DNA of 29,412 bases from positions 1 to 29,412 of the forward strand of contig CAXTKV010000045.1 of NCBI GenBank assembly GCA_964244895.1. The letters run 5' to 3'. The notes beneath the pieces were generated by a model. That model made no database searches, had not been told where the DNA came from, and worked only from the letters and a program-made list of their open reading frames with translations. Every line of letters starts with the position of its first letter. Position 1 is the stretch's first letter. A program made the position numbers and the translations under genes. Below, in pieces: positions 1-10,204 of the stretch. The DNA is from an uncultured Deinococcales bacterium (GTDB taxonomy: Bacteria; Deinococcota; Deinococci; Deinococcales; JAAFIG01).

Positions 1-972
1 GGAGCGAATTCTTACGTGCTGACCCGCAAGGTCAACAGCAACGCTTTTGCTGCCCTGACGAGCGTTTCCGGCACGACCTACACCGATTCCAGCCTGTCAC
101 CATCGAATACCTACACCTACCGTTTGCAGGCCGTCTCGGGTGGCGGCGCGAGTTCGGCGACGGTGGACTACGCGGTGGATACGACGCCGCTCGCACCGAT
201 CAAGGTCTTGTTCATCGGCAACAGCCTGACGTTTGTGAACAGCGTGCCGCAGATGATCCAGACGCTCGCCAGCGATGAACTCCATCCGTTCCAATTTGAA
301 TGGGCCGTCAAGTCCGGCGCGAGCCTGAATTATCACTACAACAACACCACCGATCCGTCACCGACGGCTCGAAATAAGATTTCCTCCGGGCCGACGGGCG
401 GAGGAAAGTGGGATTTTATCGTGCTGCAAGAGTTCACCACGAATCCCGTCTGCGATGTGAACTCGTTTAGCAATTACGTCTCGAGTTTCGCTGGTGACGT
501 TCAGGCGTACAACACGACCAACACCGCGAGCGCCAAGATCGTGCTGCACCAGAACTGGGTCGTGACCGATTCGACCTACATCAGCCAGAACTGCGCTCCA
601 GTCTCGCTGTATTCCACGCCGCTCCCGACCATCGTCTCGAGCACCAACGCGCGGGCGGACGCGGTAAGCGCAAAGGTCGCACCTGTCGGCAAAGCGTGGG
701 GTAGCACTTCAGGAATTACGCTCCAGCAATCGGATGGGATTCACGCCACCCCGGAGGGTTCCTACCTGGCGGCGGCGACGTATTACGCGCTGTTGTACAG
801 CAAGAGCCCGGTCGGGTTGACCAACCAGGTCAAAGCCAATTCAGCGGGCGTGATCGACCCCAACCCGAACTTGCTCAACAACTACACGGTCAACTCGAGC
901 ACCGCGAACACGTTGCAAACGAACGCCTGGAACACCGTTCAGGCGATGGATCCGAAATACCGCCTGCCCTGA
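1..972 (+). CDS. 5'-truncated secreted protein: fibronectin type III repeat followed by an SGNH/GDSL-type hydrolase domain
   Basis: Frame is open from base 1. FN3-like 'TYTDSSLSPSNTYTYRLQAV'. SGNH blocks 'VLFIGNSLT', 'WDFIVLQE' and 'SDGIHAT'. S/T/N-rich composition. Confidence 0.75.
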   Translation, partial: GANSYVLTRKVNSNAFAALTSVSGTTYTDSSLSPSNTYTYRLQAVSGGGASSATVDYAVDTTPLAPIKVLFIGNSLTFVNSVPQMIQTLASDELHPFQFEWAVKSGASLNYHYNNTTDPSPTARNKISSGPTGGGKWDFIVLQEFTTNPVCDVNSFSNYVSSFAGDVQAYNTTNTASAKIVLHQNWVVTDSTYISQNCAPVSLYSTPLPTIVSSTNARADAVSAKVAPVGKAWGSTSGITLQQSDGIHATPEGSYLAAATYYALLYSKSPVGLTNQVKANSAGVIDPNPNLLNNYTVNSSTANTLQTNAWNTVQAMDPKYRLP

Positions 973-1002
973 GCACCGTTCCAGACGCAAATTCTGCATT
1001 CT

Positions 1003-1031
1003 TAAGAACACCGTTCGGGACGGTGTTCTTA
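1003..1031. repeat. Palindromic repeat family A, short form, between convergent genes (likely terminator)
   Basis: TAAGAACACCGT-TCGGG-ACGGTGTTCTTA with 12-bp arms. Its last 3 nt form the NUDIX stop codon. A half copy lies at about 974-990. Confidence 0.85.
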
Positions 1032-1520
1032 TCTGTTGAACGACCAAGATACGGGTGTGCCGCCGTCGTAGGGCATCACGCCGTGAAAAACCCTGGGGTC
1101 GCCGTCAAACACGAGCGGCAGGAAGTGGCGATCGCCCTCCCAGAGGTTCAACTCGCCGGACAACAACCTCGAGATGCTGACCCACTCGAGCGCGCCTTCC
1201 GCGTTGCTCGAGTAGGCCGTCCCCGAGTAGCGCTCGATTCTAAACACGAACGCGAACCAGTCCTCGCCGCCCTTGCCGAATCCGGGCCAGGAAATCGTGC
1301 CGCGCAAGGTTGGGGATGCGATCTCGAGCCCCGATTCCTCGCGCAATTCTCTGGCCAGGCCGTCCAGCACGCCTTCATCGCGCTCGAGCTTGCCGCCCAG
1401 CCCGTTGTACTTGCCGTAATGCTGGTCGTCGGCGCGGGCGTTGCGGTGAATCAACAGCACGCGTTCGCCGTCTGCTGAAATCAAGTACCCGAGCGTGGCC
1501 AGGATCGGCGCGTAAGACAT
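1029..1520 (-). CDS. NUDIX hydrolase, MutT/8-oxo-dGTP diphosphatase-like
   Basis: Nudix box GGKLERDEGVLDGLARELREESGL and 'LWEGDRHFLP'. ATG at 1520 lies directly after the pdxT stop. Confidence 0.85.
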   Translation of the reverse strand: MSYAPILATLGYLISADGERVLLIHRNARADDQHYGKYNGLGGKLERDEGVLDGLARELREESGLEIASPTLRGTISWPGFGKGGEDWFAFVFRIERYSGTAYSSNAEGALEWVSISRLLSGELNLWEGDRHFLPLVFDGDPRVFHGVMPYDGGTPVSWSFNR

Positions 1521-1521
1521 C

Positions 1522-2091
1522 TCAGTCGCAGACCTGTTGAAGGAAAAACTGGTGCAGGCGGTCATCGCCCGTCAATTCCGGGTGAAAACTCCCGGCCATC
1601 ACGCGACCCCGCCTGACCAGCACGATCCGCTCATCCACGCGCGATAGAACATCCACCCCGTCCCCGACCGATTCGATGATCGGTGCGCGAATGAAGACCG
1701 CGCGGAACGGCGTCTCGAGGCCGACGATAGACAGATTCGTCTCGAAACTGTCCACCTGCCGCCCGAAGGCGTTTCGCGCGACCGTCATCTCGAGCAAGCC
1801 CAACCGGGGCTGGTCTGAACCCCCGATGTCCGTGGCGAGCAGGATCGCGCCCGCGCACGTGCCCCAGATCGCGCCGCCGGAAGCGTGGAAGTCCCTGAGC
1901 GCGGCGTCCAGCCCGTAGGCGACCATCAGCTTGCCGATGGTCGTGCTTTCACCGCCCGGAAAGACCACGCCCGAAAGCCCCATCAGGTCTCGCGGAAGTC
2001 GCACCTCGCGCACTTCCGCGCCCGACCGCTCGAGCGCGTGCCGATGCTCGCGGAAATCGCCCTGCAAGGCCAGCACACCGATCTTTTTCAC
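1522..2091 (-). CDS. pdxT: Pyridoxal 5'-phosphate synthase glutaminase subunit
   Basis: IGVLALQGDF, PGGESTT, GTCAG, RNAFGRQVDSFE and FHPEL motifs. GTG at 2091 is preferred over 2109, which lies inside a repeat. Confidence 0.95.
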   Translation of the reverse strand: MKKIGVLALQGDFREHRHALERSGAEVREVRLPRDLMGLSGVVFPGGESTTIGKLMVAYGLDAALRDFHASGGAIWGTCAGAILLATDIGGSDQPRLGLLEMTVARNAFGRQVDSFETNLSIVGLETPFRAVFIRAPIIESVGDGVDVLSRVDERIVLVRRGRVMAGSFHPELTGDDRLHQFFLQQVCD

Positions 2092-2093
2092 CA

Positions 2094-2141
2094 GAACACC
2101 GTCCCCCACGCAAATTCAGAGAATCGTGCTAGACGGTGTTC
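2094..2141. repeat. Palindromic repeat family A, long form
   Basis: GAACACCGTC(cccCACG)...(CGTGcta)GACGGTGTTC immediately upstream of the pdxT start. Confidence 0.8.
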
Positions 2142-2190
2142 CCTGAAACGCCCGAGGCTCGATCCCTCTCGAGCCTCGAGCGTAGTTACC

Positions 2191-2218
2191 CCTGACTTCT
2201 GACCCGTGACTTCTGGCC
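2191..2218 (-). repeat. Short tandem heptamer repeat (RGTCAGR-like, 4 units) after the pdxS stop
   Basis: + strand reads cctgact tctgacc cgtgact tctggcc. The same family occurs at 10083-10112. Confidence 0.6.
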
Positions 2219-2220
2219 AA

Positions 2221-3111
<891 letters not shown>

Positions 3112-3242
3112 ACGTCCTCCGAGCGAAAATGATACACCCGAGCGAATGGCGTCAAAAGTCCCAATCTGCGGCACTCGATTCTTGCCTTTTCGCGTCTTCG
3201 CGCCGTCCGAGAGACCTCGAGCCGCGAGACTGGATGTTCGGG

Positions 3243-4376
3243 TCAGGACAAGCTGGGCTCGAGCGCGGGCCGCGCGGGTTTGCTCGAACCGAAGCTGGGC
3301 AGGCTCCGATCCGAAGTCCACGGCGCGTATGGAGCCATGATCTGCCCGGCCAGGCGCAGCAGGTTCGCGTCGTAAAGGGCGCGCCAGTCGTGAAAGACTC
3401 GCCAGGCGAGCTCGCGGTCGGGTTTGATCGGCACCTCGACGCGGGCCAGATCATTCAGGGCAGCCTCGAACTCGGCGCGGGTGATGCTGATCGGGAATTC
3501 GGGGTCAATGACGGGCAGGGAATTATTCGGGTCGTACGCGGGCGTCGTGTGCGGCACGTCGAGCGCGTGCGCGATGTGCGAGAGCGCGTCGATGCCCGCC
3601 GTCAGGCACAGGTACGCCTCCGCGTGGCGGGGCGTGTCGAGGGCCGCGATCTGAAGCACGCAACTGTCCAGCACGGCTCCAGCCGCCGTAATCCACGAAC
3701 GACCCGGTTGCGGCGAGCGAAAGTACGCCAGCGCCGCCAGGCTGGAATGGCTTTCGTCGAGTTCCGCGAACCACTGCTCCCAGGTGCGCCATTCGGCCAC
3801 CAGCGTCTCGAAGGAGACGTATCGGTAGTAATTCATGATGATGCGCGGCCCCCACGGTGGGGTATCGATGCGCATCTCGAGCATCGTGACCATCGCCTCG
3901 CGCTTCGAGAACGCGCTGTAGATTGTCGGCAAGTAAGAGATCACCAGCGCCGTCATGACCAACCCGATGCCGCCCTCCAGGAACGAAACCGCCACCTGCA
4001 CCCAACCGCTCGGGCTTTCGTAGCCGAGCGTCAGGATGCTCGAGCCCGAAACCTTGATGGCGTGATCGAAGGTTTCCACCCCGACCGCCCAGAAGCACAA
4101 CGCGAAGCCGAACAGCAAGAGCAGCAAGTACACGCCCGGCAGCACCAGCAAACAGATCGGCGCGTACATCGACATCACGCGATCGCGCTCATCGAAGCTG
4201 ACGGATCGTTTGGCGCGCAGGTTGAACACGCGCCGCACGTTCTCGAACACGGCGCGGTTGATCGCGTCCCGGCCCGCCCTGGGCATGACGAAGGTTCGGA
4301 CGGCGGAAAGCAGCACCGTTCTGACGAGTGCGAGCCCGGCGATGAAGGCCAGCACGCGGATGATCGTATCTGTCAC
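3243..4376 (-). CDS. Membrane protein with a K+ channel-like TM-pore-TM core and a C-terminal cytoplasmic domain
   Basis: Hydrophobic helices flank '[12 protein letters not shown]'. TATGCT lies 6 nt before the GTG start (leaderless). Confidence 0.6.
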   Translation of the reverse strand: MTDTIIRVLAFIAGLALVRTVLLSAVRTFVMPRAGRDAINRAVFENVRRVFNLRAKRSVSFDERDRVMSMYAPICLLVLPGVYLLLLLFGFALCFWAVGVETFDHAIKVSGSSILTLGYESPSGWVQVAVSFLEGGIGLVMTALVISYLPTIYSAFSKREAMVTMLEMRIDTPPWGPRIIMNYYRYVSFETLVAEWRTWEQWFAELDESHSSLAALAYFRSPQPGRSWITAAGAVLDSCVLQIAALDTPRHAEAYLCLTAGIDALSHIAHALDVPHTTPAYDPNNSLPVIDPEFPISITRAEFEAALNDLARVEVPIKPDRELAWRVFHDWRALYDANLLRLAGQIMAPYAPWTSDRSLPSFGSSKPARPALEPSLS

Positions 4377-4498
4377 GGTGCCAGCATAGCCCGAGCCTCG
4401 AGCGGTTGGTTTTTGGGCGTCCCAGCGCGCCGAACCGTGCGATCTCGATCGTTGTGACCGAGTGCGCGATGCTCGAGCAACCCAGCTTCAGATCTCGA

Positions 4499-4546
4499 GA
4501 ACGCCGTCCAGTACGCGGTTTTGAATATACGTGCCGGACGGTGTTC
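4499..4546. repeat. Palindromic repeat family A, long form, just downstream of ruvA
   Basis: GAACGCCGTCCAGTACG...CGTGCCGGACGGTGTTC. Confidence 0.8.
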
Positions 4547-4552
4547 CCTCGA

Positions 4553-5143
4553 TTAACGCAATTTCGTCAAGCCCTTGCGGATCAAATCCTGAGCGCTCGA
4601 GTCCGGATCGGCTTCCAGCAGCGCCTGAATTGCCGTCCTGACCTGCCCCTCGCGGTAACCGAGCGCGACCAGCGCTTCGACCGCATCGCGGAAAGCGGGG
4701 TTATCGCCCTTGATCTTGGCCGTGGCGACCGCGCCGCGCAGGTGCGGCGGGATGCGGTTCTGCAATTCCAGGATGATTCGTTCTGCGGTCTTCTTGCCGA
4801 TGCCGCTGACGCTCGAGAGCATGGCGGTGTCGTCACTCAGGATGCCCTTGGCCAACCAGCCCGGTGTGTACCCGGACAGCGCCGTCAGCGCGATGCGCGG
4901 TCCGACGCCGGAAACCGTGATCAGCAACTTGAACATTTCCAGGTGATCCGCGTCGTGAAAGCCGTAGAGCGCCAGCGCATCCTCGCGCACCAGCAAGAAG
5001 GTCTCGAGCCGCACGGGTTTTCCGGGCACGCACGCGTCCAGCGTGGTTTTCGGCGCGTTGATTTCCAGACCCACGCCGCCGACCGTGACGATTACGCTCG
5101 ATTCCCGCGTGGAGGCAACGATGCCCTCGACGAAGGCGATCAC
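4553..5143 (-). CDS. ruvA: Holliday junction branch migration protein RuvA
   Basis: N-terminal MIAFVEG, 'VREDALALYGF', HhH motifs VSGVGPRIAL and GIGKKTAERIILEL, and C-terminal 'AVEALVALGY'. Confidence 0.95.
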   Translation of the reverse strand: MIAFVEGIVASTRESSVIVTVGGVGLEINAPKTTLDACVPGKPVRLETFLLVREDALALYGFHDADHLEMFKLLITVSGVGPRIALTALSGYTPGWLAKGILSDDTAMLSSVSGIGKKTAERIILELQNRIPPHLRGAVATAKIKGDNPAFRDAVEALVALGYREGQVRTAIQALLEADPDSSAQDLIRKGLTKLR

Positions 5144-5168
5144 GAACCCACCTCGCGCGTATCTCGAG

Positions 5169-5215
5169 CAACCCGCGATGCCGGGGCTCCAACAACCCGC
5201 GATGCCGGGGCTCCA
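5169..5215. repeat. Tandem duplication, 24-bp period, 2 copies
   Basis: CAACCCGCGATGCCGGGGCTCCA at 5169-5191 and 5193-5215. Confidence 0.9.
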
Positions 5216-5242
5216 GACGCGGATGCTCGAGACGCCGTTGAT

Positions 5243-5959
5243 TCAATCGAATGTCGGTTCAAAAATGAGGTCATAGTTGATCTCCTCGAGTCGTTTGCAG
5301 CCCGTCAGGCGCATGACCTGCGCCAGTTCTTCCAGCAGTTTGTGCGGGTTGAGCGCGCCCGGCACGATCACCGCGTCCGCCCCGAGCGCCAGGTAGCGCA
5401 GCACGTCCGACCCGGATCGCAGGCCGCCCTTGACGTACAAACTGGTTTCCCCGATGGCGTCCAGGATGTCCGGCACGAGTTGCGCCAAGGGCGGCCCGCC
5501 CAGCCAGGCCGAGAGGCTCGAGGCGGCGATGATCACGTCGGCTCCGGCCTCGGCGGCGGATTCGGCGTCGCGTGGGTCCAACAACCCGGCGATCACGAAC
5601 GGCAGCCCGACGGCGGATTTCAGTTCGGCCAGATCGGCGGAGGTGCGCGGTCGCGTTTCTGGCGCGTCGAGCATCAGCGAGAAGTCAATTCCGGCGGCGA
5701 TCGCGCCGAGTTCTCGCACCTCGCGCATGGTCGGCACCAGGCGTTTCATCTTGTACGGCGGCACCAGGTAAATCGCGCCGAACGCGTCTTCCTGTCTGGA
5801 CGTGACCCGGCCCGGCCAGTTCGAGGGCGCTTCGGCCCACAACGGCCCCGGCAGCTCGAGCCCCAGTCCGGCCCATTCCGGGTTGATCTCGTCCGCGTCG
5901 TGAATCACGCGCGGCAAGAGCGATAGCGCGTCGAGCGCCTCGTGGTCTTTGTGGTACAC
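5243..5959 (-). CDS. Degenerate FMN-dependent TIM-barrel protein (alpha-hydroxy acid dehydrogenase / type 2 IPP isomerase-like)
   Basis: Phosphate-binding 'GGLRSGSDVLRYLALGADAV', 'EELAQVMRLTGCKRLEEI' and N-terminal 'LLPRVIHD'. TATACT lies 6 nt before the GTG start. Confidence 0.65.
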   Translation of the reverse strand: MYHKDHEALDALSLLPRVIHDADEINPEWAGLGLELPGPLWAEAPSNWPGRVTSRQEDAFGAIYLVPPYKMKRLVPTMREVRELGAIAAGIDFSLMLDAPETRPRTSADLAELKSAVGLPFVIAGLLDPRDAESAAEAGADVIIAASSLSAWLGGPPLAQLVPDILDAIGETSLYVKGGLRSGSDVLRYLALGADAVIVPGALNPHKLLEELAQVMRLTGCKRLEEINYDLIFEPTFD

Positions 5960-6147
5960 GCGAAAAGTATACCCCCGACGTTTCCTGCGCTCCTACTCGA
6001 GATTCGCGTCTGCGACGGTGTTCCCAGCCGTAAAACCGTTCTGTACGGGGTTTCTAGAGATGTAGACGGGCGGCCTACGCAGACTGACGGATTCGCTGTG
6101 AGCGTCGGTGTCGTACGCTGGCGTCCAGCGCGAGGAGAGGCGCAGGC

Positions 6148-6501
6148 ATGAAGCTGATCACCCACGATATTCGCGGCGCGCGTTTCATCGAATGCGTCGA
6201 TTCGATCACCCGCCCGGAGGACGCGCTCGATCTGGTCGCCGCCTGCATGGAGCACGACGCGGCGAGCGTGCTGCTCGAGTCCCACGCGCTTCCGGCGGCG
6301 TTCTTCGAGTTGCGTTCCGGCTTCGCGGGTGAGTTCCTTCAGAAATTCTCCAATTATCAGATTCGGCTCGCCGCCGTGTTCCCATCGGAGGCCGAGTACG
6401 GCGACCGCTTCCGCGAGTTCCTGTCTGAAGCCCGCCGGGGTCGCGCGTTTCGCGCGTTCTCGGCTCGCGCTGAGGCTGAAGCCTGGCTCTTTGCCGAGTA
6501 G
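6148..6501 (+). CDS. DUF4180-like small protein
   Basis: 'FFELRSGFAGEFLQKFSNY' and 'FREFLSEARRG'. GAGGAG RBS upstream. Confidence 0.75.
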   Translation: MKLITHDIRGARFIECVDSITRPEDALDLVAACMEHDAASVLLESHALPAAFFELRSGFAGEFLQKFSNYQIRLAAVFPSEAEYGDRFREFLSEARRGRAFRAFSARAEAEAWLFAE

Positions 6502-6610
6502 GTTTACAGTGGCGTGCAAAAACCTCGGCGCGTACAGGGCTCGCCCGCAGCGCCCCGTTAATTGAGACGGGTTTCGAGCGTCCACCTTTATGAGTACCCC
6601 CGCCAAGAAT

Positions 6611-6661
6611 ACCGTCCCAGACGGGATTTTCTCGATTTTAAACAAGCCCGTCTGGGACGGT
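6611..6661. repeat. Palindromic repeat family A, long form
   Basis: Perfect 15-bp arms: ACCGTCCCAGACGGG (6611-6625) and CCCGTCTGGGACGGT (6647-6661). Confidence 0.85.
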
Positions 6662-6739
6662 GTTTCTCGAGTCCGGGGTGAAACCATTCGGTTTCTTCAG
6701 AAACCTGAGCGATACTCCGTACAACACCCTGGAGGCGGC

Positions 6740-7486
6740 ATGGTCGAAGTTCAGGAATTATCCAAGCGCTACGGTCAGAAGGTTCTGGCCGTGGATCGCG
6801 TCAGTTTTCAAGCGAAGGACGGCGAAATCTACGGTTTATTGGGGCCGAACGGGGCGGGCAAAACCACGACGCTCCGCATCCTGGCGACCCTGCTCGAGCC
6901 CACGTCCGGCGCGGCCAGCGTGGCGGGTTTCGACGTGAAAAAACGCCCGATGGACGTGCGGCGAGCCATCGGTGTGGTCAACGGTGGCATGGGGCTCTAC
7001 GACCGTCTGACCGGGCGCGAGATCCTGGAATACTTCGCGTCGTTTTACGATCTGTCGCGAGCGCAGACCGCGCAACGCATTGAGGAAGTCTCGTTGGCGC
7101 TCGAGATGCAAGACGTGCTGGATCGCCGGGCCGCCGAGTACAGCACGGGCATGAAACAGAAGGTCGTGATCGCCAGGGCCGTGCTTCATCAGCCCGCCGT
7201 GCTGATCCTGGACGAGGCCACCAACGGACTGGACGTGGTGGCGCGCCGCGCCGTGCTGGACTTCGCCAGGGCGTACCGGGGGTCGGGCCGGGTGGTGATT
7301 TACAGCACGCACATCATGGCGGAAGCCGAGGAACTCTGCGACCGCGCCGCAATCATCGACCGTGGACGATTGATCGCCGAAGATTCGATCCCGAACCTGA
7401 AAGCGCAGGTTGGGGCGAGCAATCTCGAGGATGCGTTCTTCAAACTGACGCGTGGCTCGAGCCCTCGAGAGGAGGTTACCGTCTGA
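6740..7486 (+). CDS. ABC transporter ATP-binding protein, NatA-like
   Basis: Walker A GPNGAGKTT, signature YSTGMKQK, Walker B LILDE and H-loop STH. GGAGG precedes ATG 6740. Confidence 0.9.
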   Translation: MVEVQELSKRYGQKVLAVDRVSFQAKDGEIYGLLGPNGAGKTTTLRILATLLEPTSGAASVAGFDVKKRPMDVRRAIGVVNGGMGLYDRLTGREILEYFASFYDLSRAQTAQRIEEVSLALEMQDVLDRRAAEYSTGMKQKVVIARAVLHQPAVLILDEATNGLDVVARRAVLDFARAYRGSGRVVIYSTHIMAEAEELCDRAAIIDRGRLIAEDSIPNLKAQVGASNLEDAFFKLTRGSSPREEVTV

Positions 7487-8733
7487 TGCGCTGGGATTTC
7501 ATTTCCAGGGTCGCGGGCAAGGAAATCCTGTCGACGCTGCGCGACCGGCGCACGATCGTCACGCAGGTCGCGCTGCCGTTGGTGATGATTCCGTTGTTCC
7601 TGATCGGCTTCCCGCTGGTGATCGGCAACACCTTCCAGCGCGAGCAGCAGGAGCGGCGGCAGACGGTCGGCGTGGTCGGCCTTGAAAACATTCCCGCCAG
7701 CCTCAAAAACGCCCTCCAGACCGACCGACCCGGCGCGACCGGCGTGAACCTGATCCGCATTCAGGATGCCACCAGAGCCGTCCAGGACGGAACCGTCGAG
7801 GCTGCCCTGAGCGTGCCGCGCCTGCCCGCCAGCGCGGGCGGCGCACCCGTGCCGATCCAGATTCACTTCAAGCAAACCAGCCAACGCGCGCAATTGCTCT
7901 ACGGCAAGCTCGAGCGCGCGATTCAGACCTACGCCAATGAACTGGTGAGGGCGAAACTATCCGAGTTCAAACTGCCACCGCAGACGCTGACGCCCGTGAT
8001 CGCCCAAGCCCGGAACGAGGACACGACCGCCGAACGCGCCAGCGGCGTGTTCGCCTTTTTAATCCCGATGTTCATCATGCAGTGGATCCTGATCGGCGGT
8101 CAGGCCACCGCGATCGACGCCACGGCGGGCGAGAAGGAGCGCGGCACGCTGGAAGCGCTCCTGGTCACGCCGATCTCGAGGCTCGAGGTGGTGATCGGGA
8201 AGTTGATCGCGGTCGTGGGCTTCAGCGTCATGAGCACCATTTTTTCCATGATCGGGCTGGTGCTGACCGGTTTGATCGCGGCGGTCGTGCTGGGCGGGAA
8301 ACTCGCGGGCTCGGGCGGCAAGGAAGACAGGCTCGCCACGGCCTTCGGCGGGAACCTGTCCTTGAGTCTGGACGGGTTCGCGCAACTGCTGATCGTCGGG
8401 TTGACCGTCGCGATCATGGTCGGGGCGCTCTTGCTGGCGATCTGCATTTTTGCGCGCTCGTTCAAGGAAGCCCAGACGTACATCGCGCCGCTCGGCATCC
8501 TGATCGTGATTCCCGCCGTGTTCCTGCAGTTCGCGGACTTCGTTTCCAGGGGCCCGGAACTGTACGCGATTCCCGTCGTGGGTTCGATGGTCGTGATTCT
8601 GGACGTGGTCAAGGGCGCGCTGAACTGGTCTCACGCGGCCACGGCAATCCTGGTGAATCTGGCGGTCGCGGCTGTGGCGCTCTCGCTGGCGCTCAGAAAC
8701 TTCCGGCGCGAGCAGGTGCTGTTCAGGAATTAG
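7486..8733 (+). CDS. ABC-2 type permease, NatB-like
   Basis: 'KEILSTLRDRRT', 'AGEKERGTLEALLVTP' and 'ARSFKEAQTY'. TGATG overlap with the ATPase gene. Confidence 0.88.
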   Translation: MRWDFISRVAGKEILSTLRDRRTIVTQVALPLVMIPLFLIGFPLVIGNTFQREQQERRQTVGVVGLENIPASLKNALQTDRPGATGVNLIRIQDATRAVQDGTVEAALSVPRLPASAGGAPVPIQIHFKQTSQRAQLLYGKLERAIQTYANELVRAKLSEFKLPPQTLTPVIAQARNEDTTAERASGVFAFLIPMFIMQWILIGGQATAIDATAGEKERGTLEALLVTPISRLEVVIGKLIAVVGFSVMSTIFSMIGLVLTGLIAAVVLGGKLAGSGGKEDRLATAFGGNLSLSLDGFAQLLIVGLTVAIMVGALLLAICIFARSFKEAQTYIAPLGILIVIPAVFLQFADFVSRGPELYAIPVVGSMVVILDVVKGALNWSHAATAILVNLAVAAVALSLALRNFRREQVLFRN

Positions 8734-8781
8734 GCTCGAGAATGGCTGTCTCATCGCGGCGCGGCGAGCAATGCTCCCGAG

Positions 8782-8827
8782 AACACCGTCCAGCACGCAA
8801 ATTTTGAAACGCGTGCTGGACGGTGTT
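8782..8827. repeat. Palindromic repeat family A, long form
   Basis: Perfect 17-bp arms AACACCGTCCAGCACGC / GCGTGCTGGACGGTGTT with a 12-nt AT-rich spacer. Confidence 0.9.
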
Positions 8828-8875
8828 TCTGGAAATCCTTTCGCGAAACCCGACCGCAGACGTAAGATCGCGCAA

Positions 8876-10078
8876 ATGCCAACCCAGACCGCAGTGACCG
8901 ACCTTCGGCAGGACGTTCGCGATTTCGTCAGGGATCGCGTCATCCCGTTGGAACCAACGTTCTTCAAGCGCGGCTTTCGGGCCGTTCTGCCCGAGCTTCA
9001 CGACCTGCGCAATCAGGTCAGGGCGCGCGGCTGGTGGGCTCCGGCCATGCCAAAGGGTGAAGGTGGCATGGGCTTGACGCTGCTCGAGTTCGCCAGACTT
9101 TCCGAGGAACTGGGTCGCAGCCCGCTCGGGCATTTCGCGTTCAACACGCAAGCGCCGGACATCGGCAACATGGAAGTCATCGCGCGGCACGGCACAGCCG
9201 CGCAGAAGCACGGGTTTCTCGAGCCGCTGGTTCAGGGCAAAATTCGCAGCGCCTTCGCCATGACGGAACCCGAACACGCGGGTTCAAACCCCGTCTGGAT
9301 GGATACGCGCGCCGTGCTGGACGGGGATTCGTGGGTGATCGACGGTCACAAATGGTACACCAGCGGCTTTGATGGCTCGAGCTTCGCGATCGTCATGTGC
9401 GTGACTGACCCACAGAACCCCAAGCCGCACGCGCGGGCCAGCCAAATCATCGTGCCCTCGGATGCGCCAGGATTGACGCAGGTGCGCAAGATCAGCGTCA
9501 TGGGCGACGAGGGTGAGGACTGGGCCAGCCATTCCGAGATTCGTCTGGAAGGCGTGCGCGTTCCGGTCACCAACCTGCTCGGGGTGCGCGGCGCGGGTTT
9601 CGCCATCGCGCAGGAGCGCCTGGGGCCGGGACGGATTCACCATTGCATGCGCTGGATCGGCATTTGCGAGCGATCATTTGAACTGATGTGCCACCACGCC
9701 GCCAGCCGCGAACTCGCGCCGGGCAAGCCGTTGGGTTCACGGCAGGCCGTGCAGCACATGATCGCTGACAGCAAAGCAGAAATCCACGCGGCGCGGTTGA
9801 TGGTTTTGGACGCCGTAGAGCGCATCGGCGCGGTCGGGGCGGACGCGGCTCGGGTGGAAATCTCGACCATCAAGTTTTTCGTGGCGGGCGTGGTGGGGCG
9901 CGTGGTGGATCGCGCGATTCAGGTTCACGGCGGGTTGGGCATGTCGGACGATCTGCCGCTGTCGTACTTTTACCGCCACGAGCGCGCCGCGCGCATCTAC
10001 GACGGTGCAGACGAGGTTCACAAGTCCGTCGTGGCTCGAGCCGTGCTGAAAACCTACGGTGTGGACGTGAGCCTTTGA
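8876..10078 (+). CDS. Acyl-CoA dehydrogenase (ACAD10/11, LvaC-like subfamily)
   Basis: 'APDIGNME', 'RSAFAMTEP', 'AQERLGPGRIHHCMR' and 'ARIYDGADEVH'. TAAGAT lies 7 nt before ATG 8876. Confidence 0.92.
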   Translation: MPTQTAVTDLRQDVRDFVRDRVIPLEPTFFKRGFRAVLPELHDLRNQVRARGWWAPAMPKGEGGMGLTLLEFARLSEELGRSPLGHFAFNTQAPDIGNMEVIARHGTAAQKHGFLEPLVQGKIRSAFAMTEPEHAGSNPVWMDTRAVLDGDSWVIDGHKWYTSGFDGSSFAIVMCVTDPQNPKPHARASQIIVPSDAPGLTQVRKISVMGDEGEDWASHSEIRLEGVRVPVTNLLGVRGAGFAIAQERLGPGRIHHCMRWIGICERSFELMCHHAASRELAPGKPLGSRQAVQHMIADSKAEIHAARLMVLDAVERIGAVGADAARVEISTIKFFVAGVVGRVVDRAIQVHGGLGMSDDLPLSYFYRHERAARIYDGADEVHKSVVARAVLKTYGVDVSL

Positions 10079-10082
10079 GGGC

Positions 10083-10112
10083 GCTCAGGACTCAGAAGTC
10101 AGGGGTCAGAAG
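10083..10112 (+). repeat. Short tandem heptamer repeat after the ACAD stop
   Basis: gctcagg actcaga agtcagg ggtcaga. Shares TCAGAAGTCAGGGGT with the pdxS 3' region. Confidence 0.6.
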
Positions 10113-10115
10113 GAA

Positions 10116-10169
10116 AGACCGTCTGGGAGAGGGTTCTCGTGTCTCGAGAAATGGCGTCTGGGACGGTCT
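10116..10169. repeat. Palindromic repeat family A, degenerate
   Basis: AGACCGTC...GCGTCTGGGACGGTCT. Confidence 0.6.
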
Positions 10170-10204
10170 GCCCGGCGGTGCGATGTCGCTCGGGGCGGCC
10201 TGAG

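Noticed and set aside
3129..5926. Long + strand ORFs 3129-4457 and 4406-5926
   Set aside because: They are antisense shadows of recognisable minus-strand genes in high-GC DNA and carry no motifs.
6590..6739. N-terminal extensions of natA (and likewise ACAD from 8771, coxE from 23410, pdxS to 3321, GntR to 14284)
   Set aside because: They run through repeats or neighbouring genes. Downstream starts have an RBS or a leaderless -10 and match family N-termini.
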